This document shows positions 1 to 9,824 of a stretch of DNA of 64,000 bases, one piece after another (within the stretch, counting starts at the first letter, position 1; each line of letters starts with the position of its first letter). The DNA comes from Candidatus Binatia bacterium. GTDB taxonomy: Bacteria > Desulfobacterota > Binatia > Bin18. Location of the stretch: positions 100,525-164,524 of the forward strand of contig CAXXHG010000047.1 of assembly GCA_963666315.2 (NCBI GenBank), given 5' to 3'. The translations under genes were made by a program, and so were the position numbers. The notes under the pieces are model-generated. The model searched no databases and had not been told where the DNA came from. It saw nothing but the letters and a program-made list of their open reading frames with translations.

Positions 1-1
1 C

Positions 2-1435
2 GACGCCACGATCTTCGCGCCTATTTTCTGGAACGGGAAACGCGTCGGGTTTACGGCAACACGCGCGCACTGGCTGGACGTCGGCGCCAAAGATCCCGGC
101 TCGCCCATGGACTCCCACGAGATTTATCAGGAAGGCATGCGCTGGGGGCCAACAAAAATCTATGACGGGGGCAGGCCCCGCGACGACATTATTGATTTCC
201 TGCGACGCAACAGTCGTTTTGGCTACGGGCTGGTCGGCGATATGAACGCGCAGGTCGCCGCGTGTCGAACTGGCGAGAGTCGGCTGCATGCGCTGCTGGA
301 CCGCTTTGGCTACGACACTGCGCTTGCCGCCCGGGATGAGATCTTTCGTCAATCAGAACAGTTGGAATGTGAGGCCGTGGCCGCCATCCCCGACGGCTCG
401 TACACGGCCGAAGGATATTTGGATAATGACGGGTTGGGCAGTGAGCCGGTCCGCGTTCAAGTGCGCATCGATGTGTCCGGCGACCGCATGATGGTTGATC
501 TGGCAGGCTCAGACAAACAAACCCGGGGCCCGGTGAACTGTGGGTTTGTGCAAACCATCTCGGCCGTCCGGGTGGCCTTCAAGCTATTGGTCAGTCCGAC
601 TCGTCCGGTTGACGGCGGGACCTTTAAGACGCTCTCGGTCACCGCGCCCGAGGGCACGCTCTTCCGGGCTCAGGAGCCGGCGGCGTGTGCCTGGTATTTT
701 TCTTCGTTGGGCTTGCTGATTGATCTGATCCCCAAAGCGCTGGCTTCGGCCATACCGGAGAAAGTTGCCGGGGCGCACTATGGCGACTCCATGGTCATTG
801 CGCTGGCTGGAACAGATCCGCGCAAAGGCGATATCCCGTATTTCGCTATTGAACCAACGACGGGCGGCTGGGGCGCGTTTAATACTGGTGACGGCCAGGA
901 TGCGCTGATTAACAACGTCAATGGCGCGTTCAAAGATTTGCCCATTGAGGTGTATGAAAATAAATATCCAGTCACGCTCACCAAATACGGCTTTCGTCCG
1001 GATACGGGCGGTCCGGGCCGTTTTCGTGGCGGGACCGGCGTCTACCGCGAGTATCACACCGAAGCGGCCTCCATCCTGTATCTCTGGTTTGAGCGTTCAG
1101 TGACACCCGCCTGGGGATTGTTTGGCGGCAGAGACGCTGCTCCACCAGCTGTGGTCGTGAATCCTGGTTGTAAGACTGAACGCCATATGCTCAAGGCGAA
1201 CGCGCTGCCACTTGAGGCAGGAGACGTGGTCAGAACCCAGACCGGTGGCGGAGGGGGCTTCGGCCCGGCTTGGGAACGCGATCCGATGCGGGTGCGTGAG
1301 GATGTCCTTGACGGGTATGTCACCCGCCAAGGTGCTGCGTACGATTACGGGGTGGTATTAAGAGACGATTTAAGCCTGGACGAGGCAGCGACAGCGAAAC
1401 ACCGCGCGGCATTGCAGCAAGAGACCGTCGATTGA
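2..1435 (+). CDS. Hydantoinase B/oxoprolinase family protein (5'-partial)
   Basis: Frame is open from base 2 (DATIFAPIF...RAHWLDVGAKDPGS); EIYQEG, DTGGPGRFRGG and TGGGGGFG..ERDP..V.EDV.DGYVT motifs. Confidence 0.9.
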   Translation, partial: DATIFAPIFWNGKRVGFTATRAHWLDVGAKDPGSPMDSHEIYQEGMRWGPTKIYDGGRPRDDIIDFLRRNSRFGYGLVGDMNAQVAACRTGESRLHALLDRFGYDTALAARDEIFRQSEQLECEAVAAIPDGSYTAEGYLDNDGLGSEPVRVQVRIDVSGDRMMVDLAGSDKQTRGPVNCGFVQTISAVRVAFKLLVSPTRPVDGGTFKTLSVTAPEGTLFRAQEPAACAWYFSSLGLLIDLIPKALASAIPEKVAGAHYGDSMVIALAGTDPRKGDIPYFAIEPTTGGWGAFNTGDGQDALINNVNGAFKDLPIEVYENKYPVTLTKYGFRPDTGGPGRFRGGTGVYREYHTEAASILYLWFERSVTPAWGLFGGRDAAPPAVVVNPGCKTERHMLKANALPLEAGDVVRTQTGGGGGFGPAWERDPMRVREDVLDGYVTRQGAAYDYGVVLRDDLSLDEAATAKHRAALQQETVD

Positions 1436-1445
1436 GAGAATTTTT

Positions 1446-1727
1446 GTGGAATGTCGAGTAGGCTGCGGCGCGTGCTGCATCGCCCCGTCGATTTCATCAC
1501 CCCTCCCTGGGATGCCGACCGGCAAGCCTGCCGGAGTACGCTGTCTCCATCTCAGCCCTGAAAATCGGTGTCTACTGTTTGGCCGACCTGAACGTCTGGC
1601 GGTATGCCGCGACCTGCAACCCAGTGCAGACATGTGTGGGCAGAGTAACGAATACGCACTCGCCTATTTGACACGACTGGAAAAACTCACGACGCCGTCA
1701 CGAGAATTTCAGAAAGGAGACGTATAA
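1446..1727 (+). CDS. YkgJ family CxxCxxCC cysteine-cluster protein
   Basis: CRVGCGACCIAPSISS...KPAGVRCLHL...C.LFG.PER..VC. Confidence 0.9.
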   Translation: MECRVGCGACCIAPSISSPLPGMPTGKPAGVRCLHLSPENRCLLFGRPERLAVCRDLQPSADMCGQSNEYALAYLTRLEKLTTPSREFQKGDV

Positions 1728-1729
1728 GC

Positions 1730-2137
1730 ATGACTAACCAAGAAGAGGCAATCAGACAATTCTACGCGAGCTATCTCGATACTTTTCATACCGGTAAGGC
1801 CAAGGCGGTGGTGCCTTTTTACCATGCCCCATGTCTTTTCATCACGGACCAGGGTGTCACATTGCTTTCCAATGAAATAGAGATTGAGAACCTGTTTGCG
1901 CAAGTTATGGAAGGACTCAAGGGCCGGAATTACAGTCACACTGAAGTCACCGATGTTCAGATCAAAGAACTCAGCGCAGAAATGGCTTTATTCAGCGGCC
2001 TTGCCGTCCGCTACACCAAAACGGGTGAAGAACTCGAACGCTTAAGCGCAACATATACGACGCGCAAGTCCAACAATGCGTGGCAATTCGTCACTGTTGT
2101 GGCTCATAGCCCGGAGACGCTGGTGCGGTTTGCGTGA
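1730..2137 (+). CDS. NTF2/SnoaL-like fold protein
   Basis: 135 aa, RBS AAGGAG; N-terminal helix, FY..P, and C-terminal strands (ATYTTRK..W) typical of the NTF2-like fold. Confidence 0.65.
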   Translation: MTNQEEAIRQFYASYLDTFHTGKAKAVVPFYHAPCLFITDQGVTLLSNEIEIENLFAQVMEGLKGRNYSHTEVTDVQIKELSAEMALFSGLAVRYTKTGEELERLSATYTTRKSNNAWQFVTVVAHSPETLVRFA

Positions 2138-2166
2138 GTGGATATAGATCCGTTCAAAGAGAGATT

Positions 2167-2195
2167 TCCGGATTTTAAGATCCGGATTTTAAGAT
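2167..2195. repeat. 14-bp tandem duplication (TCCGGATTTTAAGA x2)
   Basis: Read directly from sequence. Confidence 0.9.
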
Positions 2196-2225
2196 ATGGA
2201 CGGGGGGATGTATAATATAAGTCCC

Positions 2226-2255
2226 GTAGGTCGGATTAGCGGAGCGTAATCCGAC
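2226..2255 (+). repeat. GTAG-family REP hairpin
   Basis: GTAG-GTCGGATTAGCGGAGCGTAATCCGAC; lies 20 bp upstream of a RAYT start; identical copy at 31070. Confidence 0.85.
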
Positions 2256-2275
2256 ACCTCCTATGGACTCACGAC

Positions 2276-2383
2276 ATGCAATATCGACGAGCTTTTGTCC
2301 CAGGGGGAAGCTACTTCTTCACCGTAGTAACCGCACGCAGACAGAAGCTGTTCGTCGATGAGAGGGCCGTTGAGGTATTGCGC
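2276..2383 (+). pseudogene. REP-associated tyrosine transposase (RAYT/TnpA-REP), N-terminal remnant
   Basis: MQYRRAFVPGGSYFFTVVTARRQKLF is the typical RAYT N-terminus; similarity ends after ~36 aa; no HUH motif or catalytic Tyr follows. Confidence 0.8.
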
Positions 2384-2626
2384 ACCCGACCTCTTGTCAG
2401 TCAAGCACTGGCCTCGCGAGTGACAACCAAAGGCTATTTATACTACCCAGCCGGCGCGTACGTTGGAGCGCAAGGCTATCTGACCGAAGTCTACAGCCAA
2501 GAACGGGCCGGGTTTCAGATTGAGTTTTCGAGCGGGCCTCATTCGGATCCGTCTGATTGGCGTCTGTCCTTTTCTTTGCTACCGTCTTTCATGTTGTTGG
2601 ACACAGAGACACAAAAGGGAGGGACT

Positions 2627-3006
2627 ATGTATTCGATCTGTAAACTTGATTCCATCGAAAAATACATTCACCCAGCAGTCGTTCATCAGACCTTGGTGAA
2701 GGAGCAGTCTAAAAATGTCGAGATTTGGATGCAGACCTCAAAGCCGAGCAAACCCACGCCCACGCATTGTCATTCGGGCGAGGAAATTCTTATTGTGTTA
2801 AAAGGCACGGGGTGGTGTCAGGTTGACGGCAAACAGGTCGATTTTGGACCGAATAGTGTGCTGACCGTGGGCCCGCCTATACGCAGCATAAAGTCTGCAC
2901 TACAGGAGAAGAGGATCTGCTGGTAATTGCAGTTCTGGAGACGCCGGTGGAGATTTTCAATAAAGCGGCGAGCCGATACAGTTGCCGTGGGCGCATGGGA
3001 AAATGA
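2627..3006 (+). pseudogene. Cupin domain protein, frameshifted near 2870
   Basis: RBS GGAGGG then ATG 2627; TPTHCHSGEEILIVLKGTG in one frame; AYTQHKVCTTGEEDLLVIAVL (second cupin motif) in another frame, ending at TGA 3006. Confidence 0.7.
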
Positions 3007-3321
3007 GCGGGATGCTGGAGCCGACTTCGGCTCAGGCAGGCTGATATTCACTCAGCAGGTCGTGTGATCACGCCAAGGCATCCAAGAGGGCTTTGGCTTC
3101 TTGAAGATCGGCTACGTCAAAGCCTTCCGTATACGATGCATAGATTTTAGAGAGGAGTTGATACGCGGCTTGTGCTGCGCTTGCAACGGTTTTCCCAGTA
3201 GTTTCTACGACTGTCTGTTCGCCTGCTGACTTTTGATTGTGTCTTTATCTCAGCTTCCCCACTCCCGTCCGTTCACCTTTCTCTGCTACGCTAGTATAAG
3301 AACAGTTCAAGGGAGGATGGT

Positions 3322-5094
3322 ATGCGAAAATTCTTTGGACGGATGCTGATGCTCATTGGCGCGTGGGTCGTCGTTATGGCCGTTGTCGGCACGATCTCCG
3401 CGCTGATGAGTCAAGAGAGTATCCCTGACAAAGTTGTTGTCGAGATCGACTTTGAACGCGAATTTGCCGAGTATATCCCGGACGACCCACTGGCCAGTAT
3501 CCTGATGGAACAAACCGCCTCGGTGCGGGATCTGGTTGAGGCACTCCAACAGGCGACGGACGACGACCGCGTGGTGGCTCTGGTTGCTCGGGCGGGCAAT
3601 CCGCGCATGGGGTTGGCTGAGATCCAAGAGGTCCGGGATGCGGTGCTTGCCTTTCGTGAAAGTGGTAAGCCGGCCATTGCGTATGCCGAGACCTTTGGTG
3701 AGTTTGGGCCAGGAAACGGTACCTATTATTTGGCTTCAGCCTTTGATGAGATCTATCTCCAACCCTCGGGTGATATCGGCCTGACCGGGCTGATGGCGGA
3801 ATCTTCGTTTGTGAGCGGGACGTTTGAGAAGCTGGGGATTACGCCACGCATGGATCACCGCTACGAGTACAAAAATGCGCTGAATATGTTTACCGAGAAA
3901 AAATACACTCCGCCGCATCGTGAGGCCATCCTGCGCATTATCGAATCGCAGTTTGGACAAATCGTTCAGGGTATTGCTGACGGGCGCGGACTTGAGGTCG
4001 GGCACGTTCGCGCGCTTATTGATCGTGGGCCTTTTCTGGGACCACAGGCGCTGGCAGAGAAACTCGTTGACGGGCTCATGTACCGAGATGAAGTCTATGC
4101 CCGGGTCGAAGACACGGTTGGTGATGATGCTGAGCAACTCGGCCTGCTGACTTATCTGCGGCGCATGGGGCGACCGCATACTGAAGGCGATGCGATTGCT
4201 CTTATTTACGGCGTGGGCGGGGTCCAGCGCGGCAAAAGCGAATATAGTGCCGCCTTTAGCGGCCCCACCATGGGCGCGGATTCTGTTTCCGCAGCGTTCC
4301 GCGCGGCTGTTCAAGATGAAGCGGTCAAGGCGATTCTCTTTCGGGTGGATAGTCCGGGCGGCTCATACGTGGCCTCAGACACGATTTGGCGCGAGACCAT
4401 TCGGGCCAAAGAGGCCGGGAAACCCGTCATTGTGTCTATGGGCAATGTGGCAGGCTCGGGCGGCTACTTCGTGGCTATGGCTGCGGACAAGATTGTGGCC
4501 CACCCCGGAACGATTACTGGCTCCATCGGCGTGCTTGGCGGAAAAATGCTGACCGCTGAGCTTGCGGAGAAAATTGGCTTGACGTCGGATGAGGTCCATA
4601 CTAGCACCAATGCCAACATGTGGTCGAGTTCGCTGGATTATACTCCGGAACAATGGCAGCGGATCACCGCGTGGCTAGATCGCGTATATGAAGATTTTAC
4701 CGGCAAGGTTGCTGAGGGACGCGGTCTCAGTCAGGAACAGGTTCATGCCGTGGCGAGAGGACGGATTTGGACCGGTGAGGATGCCAAAGACATCGGGCTG
4801 GTTGATGAACTCGGCGGATTCCCCATGGCGTTGCAATTGGCCAAGGACGCGGCTGGGATTGCTGAAGATGCCGATGTCCATCTCAAACTCTTTCCTGCCT
4901 CAAAGACTCTGTTTGAGACTGTCCTGACAAGTCTGCAAGGCGGCGATGACGCGACGGCTCGGACAACCGCGACGGGAGTTGCCCTGCGTCAGGCCGTACG
5001 GGCGCTCCAACCTCTGGCGCAAATGGGACAACGCCTGGGATTATGGTCTGAGCTTGGGGTGCTCACCATGCCGGAGTGGGAGATGGTGCGCTAG
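3322..5094 (+). CDS. sppA: Signal peptide peptidase SppA, long (67K) type
   Basis: N-terminal TM, YYLAS..DEIYL, YKNA, RVDSPGGS, SMGNVAGSGGY, TITGSIGV, GRIWTG..A..GLVDELGG. Confidence 0.95.
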   Translation: MRKFFGRMLMLIGAWVVVMAVVGTISALMSQESIPDKVVVEIDFEREFAEYIPDDPLASILMEQTASVRDLVEALQQATDDDRVVALVARAGNPRMGLAEIQEVRDAVLAFRESGKPAIAYAETFGEFGPGNGTYYLASAFDEIYLQPSGDIGLTGLMAESSFVSGTFEKLGITPRMDHRYEYKNALNMFTEKKYTPPHREAILRIIESQFGQIVQGIADGRGLEVGHVRALIDRGPFLGPQALAEKLVDGLMYRDEVYARVEDTVGDDAEQLGLLTYLRRMGRPHTEGDAIALIYGVGGVQRGKSEYSAAFSGPTMGADSVSAAFRAAVQDEAVKAILFRVDSPGGSYVASDTIWRETIRAKEAGKPVIVSMGNVAGSGGYFVAMAADKIVAHPGTITGSIGVLGGKMLTAELAEKIGLTSDEVHTSTNANMWSSSLDYTPEQWQRITAWLDRVYEDFTGKVAEGRGLSQEQVHAVARGRIWTGEDAKDIGLVDELGGFPMALQLAKDAAGIAEDADVHLKLFPASKTLFETVLTSLQGGDDATARTTATGVALRQAVRALQPLAQMGQRLGLWSELGVLTMPEWEMVR

Positions 5095-5105
5095 GGAGAA
5101 TCGGT

Positions 5106-5330
5106 TTACCAATCCTCTAAATCCGGATCCATATCTCCGGTCGTTGGACCGTGGAGGCGGACGACTCTGTGCTCAGGATCATTGCCGAGTGGGCTGACTG
5201 TCACTTCCGTAATGGGCAGATCCGCCCCAGTCTCCGCGACAAGATAGACCTCTATATCTCCCTGTTGATCGTAGATCTCTTGGAGATTCTGCAGCAGCTG
5301 GGAAAGGGCTATGGATGTGAGCTGAGGCAT
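5106..5330 (-). CDS. Hypothetical protein (74 aa, acidic)
   Basis: Compact ORF between converging sppA and the osmC-like gene; protein-like composition. Confidence 0.55.
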   Translation of the reverse strand: MPQLTSIALSQLLQNLQEIYDQQGDIEVYLVAETGADLPITEVTVSPLGNDPEHRVVRLHGPTTGDMDPDLEDW

Positions 5331-5397
5331 TCTTGTATCTTTCTTGCTTGACCGACGAGCAGGCGAGAATAGATCTGAAGAGCGGGTGCGCTCCGTG

Positions 5398-5862
5398 TTA
5401 GAGTGCCGCAGCCTCGGAAGACTCAGCAGGCGCCGCGTGTGTCGAAACCGGCGTCAGATTCATCAGGTTATCCGATACCGGACACCGGGATTCGATAGTT
5501 GTCAGCCAACGATCAAGCGTAGCCCGGTCAACATCGGCATCGACGTTGAGTGTGACCTCAATGCTTTTATAACCCGCCCGATCATCCGTCGGTTGGCCGA
5601 GTAATTTTGCCGGATTGAGTGGACCCGCTGCGTCGATCTTGAGGGACCGGATGGTGAAGCCCATTTCCTTTGCAATAATATGGCCCATTACGTTGAGACA
5701 ACCGGCGAGCCCGGCAAGGATATATTCAACGGGATTCGGACCTTCATCATCTCCACCCAGACTAGGGGGTTCATCAACAATCAGCTCGAAGTCTCTCACC
5801 TGCACGGCAAGACGGGTCGGTGATTCAGACTGTCCTGAGACTGTGAATAGCGCATCCGACAT
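5398..5862 (-). CDS. OsmC/YhfA family protein
   Basis: DEPPSLGGDDEGPNPVEYILAGLAGC...ESRCPVSDNL; ATG at 5862 preceded by GGAGG. Confidence 0.9.
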   Translation of the reverse strand: MSDALFTVSGQSESPTRLAVQVRDFELIVDEPPSLGGDDEGPNPVEYILAGLAGCLNVMGHIIAKEMGFTIRSLKIDAAGPLNPAKLLGQPTDDRAGYKSIEVTLNVDADVDRATLDRWLTTIESRCPVSDNLMNLTPVSTHAAPAESSEAAAL

Positions 5863-6065
5863 AGGCGTCCTCCCTGTATTGGCGCATACCCTGCCAATAC
5901 CGTACAGGCCGCGGCATGAGCTTAGCAAGAGGTGGGGCTGGCGTTGATATTTTCCTGAGAGGCAGTCAGAAACTACATTTCCCCTGGGGGGCTCATAGCG
6001 ACACAATCGGCATAATCGACACAAGGGGATCCTCTCAGCAAAGCTTGTACAAAGAGGGGAGACTA

Positions 6066-6094
6066 TTGACATTTATTCAACCATATGGTTGAAT
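6066..6094 (+). promoter_or_regulatory. -35 box plus perfect 20-bp palindromic operator
   Basis: TTGACA at 6066-6071; ATTCAACCATATGGTTGAAT at 6075-6094. Confidence 0.75.
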
Positions 6095-6146
6095 TTTGAA
6101 CTAAGACTTTGAACTAAGACTTTGAACTAAGACTTTGAACTAAGAC
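6095..6146. repeat. Perfect tandem repeat, 13 bp x4 (TTTGAACTAAGAC)
   Basis: Read directly; lies between the operator and the RBS of the DUF899 gene. Confidence 0.95.
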
Positions 6147-6164
6147 AAAGTAAGGAGGTCCAGT

Positions 6165-6872
6165 ATGGAAAGCCATGCCGTTGTATCGAGAGAAGAGTGG
6201 GGTGCTGCGCGTAAGGAATTTCTTGTCAAGGAAAAAGAATTTACCCGATCACGTGATCAATTAAGCCAGCAGCGGCGTGCGCTGCCATGGGTCAAGGTTG
6301 AGCAGGTCTACGCATTTGATGGAACGAATGGCCCGGAGTCCCTGGCCGATCTCTTTGAGGAGAAAAGCCAGCTGCTCCTATATCACTTCATGTTTGGCCC
6401 GGACTGGGAAGAGGGCTGTAAGAGCTGCTCGTTCTGGGCGGACAACTATAACGGTGTGAGCATCCATCTCGCGCATCGTGACGTCTCGCTGGTTACTATT
6501 GCCAGAGCCCCGCTAGACAAGCTGACAGCCTATAAAAAACGTATGGGCTGGGACTTTAAATGGGTGTCGTCATTCGGCAACGATTTTAATCGGGATTATC
6601 ATATTTCCTTCACTCCCGAGGAGATGGAGAAAGGAGATATATACTACAACTATCGGATAGGCAAGTTTCCGAGTGAAGACGCCCCTGGTATCAGCGTTTT
6701 TTATAAAGATGAGAAAGGCAATATTTTTCACACCTACTCGTGCTACTCACGTGGTTTGGACATGCTGAATGGGGCCTATCATTATCTGGATCTGGTGCCG
6801 AAGGGGCGTGATGAAGCGGGCTTAAGCTATTCCATGGAATGGCTGTATCGGCACGATCAGTACGCGGACTAG
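6165..6872 (+). CDS. DUF899 family thioredoxin-like protein
   Basis: VVSREEW..ARK..L.KEKE.TR, YHFMFGPDWEEGCKSCSFWAD, FHTYSCYSRG.D, YLDLVPKGRDE. Confidence 0.92.
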   Translation: MESHAVVSREEWGAARKEFLVKEKEFTRSRDQLSQQRRALPWVKVEQVYAFDGTNGPESLADLFEEKSQLLLYHFMFGPDWEEGCKSCSFWADNYNGVSIHLAHRDVSLVTIARAPLDKLTAYKKRMGWDFKWVSSFGNDFNRDYHISFTPEEMEKGDIYYNYRIGKFPSEDAPGISVFYKDEKGNIFHTYSCYSRGLDMLNGAYHYLDLVPKGRDEAGLSYSMEWLYRHDQYAD

Positions 6873-6909
6873 TATTGGTTGGCCGAAGTTTCTCTCCGGT
6901 TCCGCTTGC

Positions 6910-6980
6910 TGTCATTCCTGCGCAGGCAGGAACCCATCCACCGGCGCTGGACTGGATTCCCAATCAAGTCGGGAATGACA
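6910..6980. repeat. Palindromic intergenic repeat (GTCATTCC...GGAATGAC doublet)
   Basis: TGTCATTCCTGCGCAGGCAGGAACCCA ... TGGATTCCCAATCAAGTCGGGAATGACA: two hairpins in inverted orientation. Confidence 0.75.
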
Positions 6981-7226
6981 GGGGAAGGTGGGAACGGCTG
7001 GCTGAGGGAGCTGTCTTTCGCATAACAGGCGAAGAACTTCCGCCGCAGTGTACTCGGACTAGGACCGGCCTCGCTCTGGGAGCAGCCTCTGGAGAGGGCG
7101 TCGTCCGCGGGAGCAGCCGGCTTGCCGAGTACTAATGCGGATTAAGACGACGTTGGCGCCACCTGGCATTTTGTATTTTCCGTCCGTATGTTAGCGAACT
7201 GTTCGAAGAAACAGGAGGAAAATACT

Positions 7227-8105
7227 ATGTCCCAGCCAGATAGACCGTTCGCCGTCTCGCATGCCTTAGGTGTCTTGCGCGCGGCGTTTGTCGCTTTGAC
7301 CGTGACTCTGTGGGCCGTAGGGCCGAGCCTCGCGTCCGATGTCGCCGACATGCATGTCGGCGACGTGCTGCACGACACGGCTGCCATCCAAAAATTCACC
7401 ATCTGTTATGCACACGGAACGGACGCCATCGGCAGGGGCGATCTCGAAGCCGGGCAGGCGCTGTATCAGGCCTGCTTTACGAAAGACGCCACCATTGCGG
7501 CCGTCTTCCCTGACGGTCGGGGTGAGAAGAGAACCAGCCCAGAAGCGTGGGCGAACTTTGTGTTATCCGTGTTCAAAAATGCGGGATATACTGTTACGCA
7601 GCATCTTTTGGGTACGATAGATATTGAGGTCGCAGGTGAGACGGCAACCATGAATACCTATCTGCATGCGACCCATGTGCTCCCGAACGGCAGCATCGAT
7701 GTTGCGAACGGGACATATGTGGATGAGGTTGTGAAGACACCGGACGGCTGGCGCATCCGCAGCCGCACGCTCACACTTATTACTTTTTTGAATCTTGCTC
7801 CGCCGAAACAATCAGATTCGACTGCAAGCGCCCAGCGAGCAAGGGCGGATAATCACCGGCCGCCCGAGAGCCAAAGAGATAAGATTTTCTTATCCTCGTT
7901 TCCATGTACTACCGCGCCTGCTCTTAAATTGTGTGTTACTCTGCCACCGTCCCCCTTCGACGGAGCTGAGCATGAACGAGCGGGCATGCCCTATTTTAAG
8001 CTGGACGTGCCAATGCGCTCCGCGCTGTTGACAAACGCCGGGCGGAAGTGTCACATATTTTGCTATCATCAACAAAATCATTCGCTAGACGTTTGCTTCG
8101 GATAA
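7227..8105 (+). CDS. Exported SnoaL-like (NTF2 family) protein; C-terminal ~90 aa probably read-through
   Basis: RBS AGGAGG, signal-peptide-like N-terminus, YAHGTD, TQHLLG, G.Y.DEVVKTPDGWRIRSRTL. Confidence 0.75.
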   Translation: MSQPDRPFAVSHALGVLRAAFVALTVTLWAVGPSLASDVADMHVGDVLHDTAAIQKFTICYAHGTDAIGRGDLEAGQALYQACFTKDATIAAVFPDGRGEKRTSPEAWANFVLSVFKNAGYTVTQHLLGTIDIEVAGETATMNTYLHATHVLPNGSIDVANGTYVDEVVKTPDGWRIRSRTLTLITFLNLAPPKQSDSTASAQRARADNHRPPESQRDKIFLSSFPCTTAPALKLCVTLPPSPFDGAEHERAGMPYFKLDVPMRSALLTNAGRKCHIFCYHQQNHSLDVCFG

Positions 8106-8114
8106 GGAGGGGGA

Positions 8115-9824
8115 ATGCAGTACGATCTGATCATTAAAAACGGAACGGTCATTGACGGCTCTGGGTTGCCGCGTTTTCGGGCCGATGTGGGTGTGGTGGA
8201 TGGCAAGATTGCCTCGATTGGCAGGATTCGTGCGGGGGCAAAAGAAACGATCGATGCTGAGGGCCATGTTGTCACCCCGGGGTTTATTGACGGCCACACG
8301 CATATGGATGCCCAAGTCTCTTGGGACCCGTTGGGGACCTGCTCCTGTTGGCATGGCATTACCAGCGTGGTGATGGGTAACTGCGGCTTTTCGCTCGCGC
8401 CATGTAAAGAGAGCGAAAAGGACATGGTCATGCGCAATCTGGAGCGAGCCGAAGATATTGCGCCTGAGGCGATGAATGCCGGCATCAAGTGGACCTGGGA
8501 GACCTTCCCCGAATATTTGGATGCTGTTGAGCGGCTGCCTAAAGGCATCAATTACTCTGCCTATGTGGGTCACTCTGCGCTGCGCACCTATGTGATGGGT
8601 GAGCGGGCGTTTACGGATACGGCGACCGAAGATGATATAGACCGCATGCAGCATGTGGTGCGTGAAGCGATCCAGGCCGGCGCCATGGGCTTTACGACCT
8701 CACGCACGCGCAATCATCAGACACCTCAGAGACAACCCGTTGCCAGTCGCCTGGCGACCTGGGACGAAGTGCGGCAACTTGTCGGCACCATGGGTGAGAT
8801 GGGCGCAGGCATCTTTGAGATTGCCGGCGAAGACACCGGCCGTGATCCCCAGCGCGTCCGCGAATATATGGACCGTTTGAAAGCGCTTGCCGTTGATACC
8901 GGCGTGCCCGTGACTTACGGCATGTTCAGCATGCGGCGCGCGCCAGACTGCTGGCAGCCGTATTTAGACCTGGCTGACGAGACGGCTGCGGCGGGCGGTC
9001 GGATGTTCCTCCAGGTGCATAGTCGTGCACTCAACCTGCTGCTGTCTTTTGAAACAGCGACCCCGTTCGACAGGCTGCCGGTGTGGCGCGATCTGAAAAA
9101 GCTGTCGCTGGCAGAAAAGGAAGCCGCACTGCGGAACCCGGAAATGCGCCGCGCATTGGTCGAGGCGGCTCACCAACAAGCCGACGACGGAAACCGCGGA
9201 ACGGGCCCTGAAGCCCGTTCCGCTGATTTCAAATGGTTGTTTCTGTTGGACCAGCCTAACCCGCCGCACCGCTCGATTGAGGACATTGCCGCCGAGCGCA
9301 ACCAAGACCCGGTGGAGACCTTTATTGATCTAGCACTGGAGAAAAACCTCAAGCAATTTTTCCTCCAACCGCTGGCCAATGAGAACCAGGATCATGTGTT
9401 GCAGATGGTCAAGCATCCGCGCTCGGTCGTCACGTTCTCCGACTCTGGAGCCCACGTGTCTCAGATCATGGACTCGTCTCTGCAAAGTCATCTGCTGAGC
9501 TATTGGGTGCGTGATAAGCAAGAAATCACACTCGAAGACGCGGTCCAGCAGCTGACCTTTGTGCCGGCCTCACATTGGGGCCTGAACGAGCGCGGGTTGC
9601 TGCGCCCAGGGATGGCTGCAGACATCGTGGTCTTCGACCCCGAGACGGTTGGTCCGATGATGCCCGAACTCACGTATGACCTGCCGGCCGGTGCGCGGCG
9701 GCTCAAGCAAAAAGCGTCCGGCTTCTTGGCCTCTGTGGTGAATGGGGAAGTTGTGCTGCGTGAAAACGAGCATACCGGCGCCCTGCCTGGGCAGTTGTTG
9801 CGTGGTCCGTTGGCCCACCGATAA
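8115..9824 (+). CDS. N-acyl-D-amino-acid deacylase family amidohydrolase
   Basis: YDLIIKNGTVIDGSG, PGFIDGHTHMD, VVMGNCGF, SDSGAHV, G..ADIVVFDP. Confidence 0.92.
   Translation: MQYDLIIKNGTVIDGSGLPRFRADVGVVDGKIASIGRIRAGAKETIDAEGHVVTPGFIDGHTHMDAQVSWDPLGTCSCWHGITSVVMGNCGFSLAPCKESEKDMVMRNLERAEDIAPEAMNAGIKWTWETFPEYLDAVERLPKGINYSAYVGHSALRTYVMGERAFTDTATEDDIDRMQHVVREAIQAGAMGFTTSRTRNHQTPQRQPVASRLATWDEVRQLVGTMGEMGAGIFEIAGEDTGRDPQRVREYMDRLKALAVDTGVPVTYGMFSMRRAPDCWQPYLDLADETAAAGGRMFLQVHSRALNLLLSFETATPFDRLPVWRDLKKLSLAEKEAALRNPEMRRALVEAAHQQADDGNRGTGPEARSADFKWLFLLDQPNPPHRSIEDIAAERNQDPVETFIDLALEKNLKQFFLQPLANENQDHVLQMVKHPRSVVTFSDSGAHVSQIMDSSLQSHLLSYWVRDKQEITLEDAVQQLTFVPASHWGLNERGLLRPGMAADIVVFDPETVGPMMPELTYDLPAGARRLKQKASGFLASVVNGEVVLRENEHTGALPGQLLRGPLAHR

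Noticed and set aside
2276-2926. 216-aa ORF as a novel RAYT-cupin fusion
   Set aside because: The RAYT part is only 36 aa with no catalytic motifs; the cupin has its own RBS/ATG and is frameshifted. This looks like a chance in-frame join.
6095-6146. Possible mini-CRISPR array
   Set aside because: The 13-bp units are contiguous, with no spacers and no cas genes.
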